This document shows positions 62,531 to 64,000 of a DNA stretch of 64,000 nt, piece by piece. The stretch is taken from assembly GCA_965113315.1 (NCBI GenBank), contig OZ220364.1. One strand, 5' to 3'. How positions within the stretch are numbered: the stretch's first letter is position 1; every line of letters begins with the position of its first letter. Under the pieces are notes generated by a model, which was not told the DNA's origin, did no database searches, and was given only the letters and a program-made list of their open reading frames with translations. Source of the DNA: Podarcis vaucheri. Lineage: Eukaryota. A program made the position numbers and the translations under genes.

Positions 62531-64000
62531 CAACGTGTTATCCTTCTAGGCAGAGACCACACATCACTTCTATGTAATGTATAGTGCCTAAGCAAACAGC
62601 TGGCCAAGAAATAAATGTTAAACAGCGGTAGTAATGTAAGTTAAATCAGTTGTATATCATTAGCTTCTGCGTATCACTTTTTGCATTAGTAGAGCTGGGG
62701 GTGGAAAGAATCCCTTTCAGAGTCTACTTTCATACTTCTTCCTGCTGTTGGTGGAGCAGAGCAGATTGATCTGGGAGCTCCTTTCAGTGTCCAATCAGCT
62801 CAGGAAGAAGTCCCTAAGAAGCACATAAAGCTACTAGCGAGAGCAGCACACTTGTTCCAGACAAGAGATCATGCTACATGTGTCATAAAAAGGCAGAGAT
62901 GTCTTCCAGATGTTTTATTGTGTTGGGCCTGCACAGATGTTTTCTATGTCTGCCCATAAATGTTAGAAATGTAAAACATTTGTGGTCCCACAGATGCAAA
63001 GATTAAATTATGCAAGAGATTGGATAAATCTCTGTGTAATGCGAGAAGACCATGAACTGCTCACATTCATTGCTTTTAGTAAAATACGTCCCATTTTTTC
63101 CAGCATGCATCTGTGAAAGAGACATTTATTGTTATTAAATGGGATTAAACATTACATCTGATGCTGAAAAGCAGCACACGCAGGGCTATAAAAAAAAAGA
63201 TCCCCTGATACATCACAAACAAGGCCACGAGACCTCCTGATCTTAGGGTGACACTTATAAAACAGCAATAATAGCACTGCGCCACCAGGGAAGAGAGTAC
63301 TCCCTTCTCCCTCCTCAGTGCTGAAGGCTGTGTGATCCAAGTTTGCAGTTCAAACCATATCTTCAACATCTGTATCACATGCACACTTCCTTCAGCTCTC
63401 ATCCAGAAATGCTTCTAGATTGTAAGCATCTGCATGCCTGTGCTAAGCTATCGGTAAACTATCTGCTGAACAGACTAGGAGGAAAAAAGGAAGGTGTGTG
63501 TGCCTGGATTTAGTCCCTCCAGAAGGTATGGAGGATACACACATGGCAAGTTTTTGCAAATACGTACAGGGTCACACTTAAAGGGGCAATCCTTACACAG
63601 AGATGTTTTTCTATGAACACATCCTCCTCCTTGCCGGGTCAGTGTGAATATCTGCAGTCACCCAGAGAGGCTTGCCTCTCAGTGTTCCCTCATTCAGGAC
63701 ATTAAAGTTCTGGTGTTGGGAATGCGATGAATGGTGGAAAATAAACAGAAGCTTAATTCAGAGAAGGCGGAGGTACTCTAGGCTAGTTAAGCATATTAGG
63801 GAATAGGGGTTCAACATATGGTAGGTGGGGTTTCACGCTCCTTGAAGACCAGGTTCACAGTTTGAGTGTGCTCCTGGGTTCACTCCTGAAACATGATGCT
63901 CAGGTTTTAGCAGTGACCACAACCATTTTACTGCACAGGTAAGACTAGAGTGCTAATAGGTCGTGCTACTTACATTTTGATCTAGAACAGCAAAGATTTT

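Noticed and set aside
1-64000. CRISPR arrays, operons or other prokaryotic systems
   Set aside because: No regularly spaced repeat-spacer structure or dense ORFs; the repeat content is typical squamate nuclear DNA.

Overview
Eukaryotic, low-CpG, repeat-rich genomic DNA from a squamate reptile, most likely a lacertid lizard. This is inferred from Sauria/Squam1 SINEs with (ACCTTT)n tails and a Squam3-type SINE with a (CTT)n tail. I find no intact host protein-coding gene or convincing exon chain, so the window looks intronic or intergenic, and almost all ORFs in the track are chance ORFs. The recognisable coding remnants are: two RTE-clade LINE fragments (10.6-11.3 kb +, 61.2-61.9 kb -), a Tip100/ZMYM1-type hAT transposase C-terminus (18.5-19.7 kb -), a 5'-truncated processed RPS15A pseudogene (24.6-24.75 kb -), a DIRS/Ngaro tyrosine-recombinase remnant (27.3-28.0 kb +), L2/CR1 3' ends, and possibly a decayed REL-endonuclease non-LTR element (0.44-0.9 kb -). 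Many young MITEs keep intact target-site duplications (hAT 8 bp, Tigger/Tc2-like TA, Harbinger-like TTA), and several insertions are nested. The most notable observations are a decayed Penelope-type hammerhead ribozyme, a 90-bp MITE with P-like CATAG termini, a perfect 30-bp-stem hairpin inside a nested MITE, and two tiny poly(A) retro-insertions with long TSDs. I found no well-supported novel biological system. Family names come from recalled motifs, not database searches.
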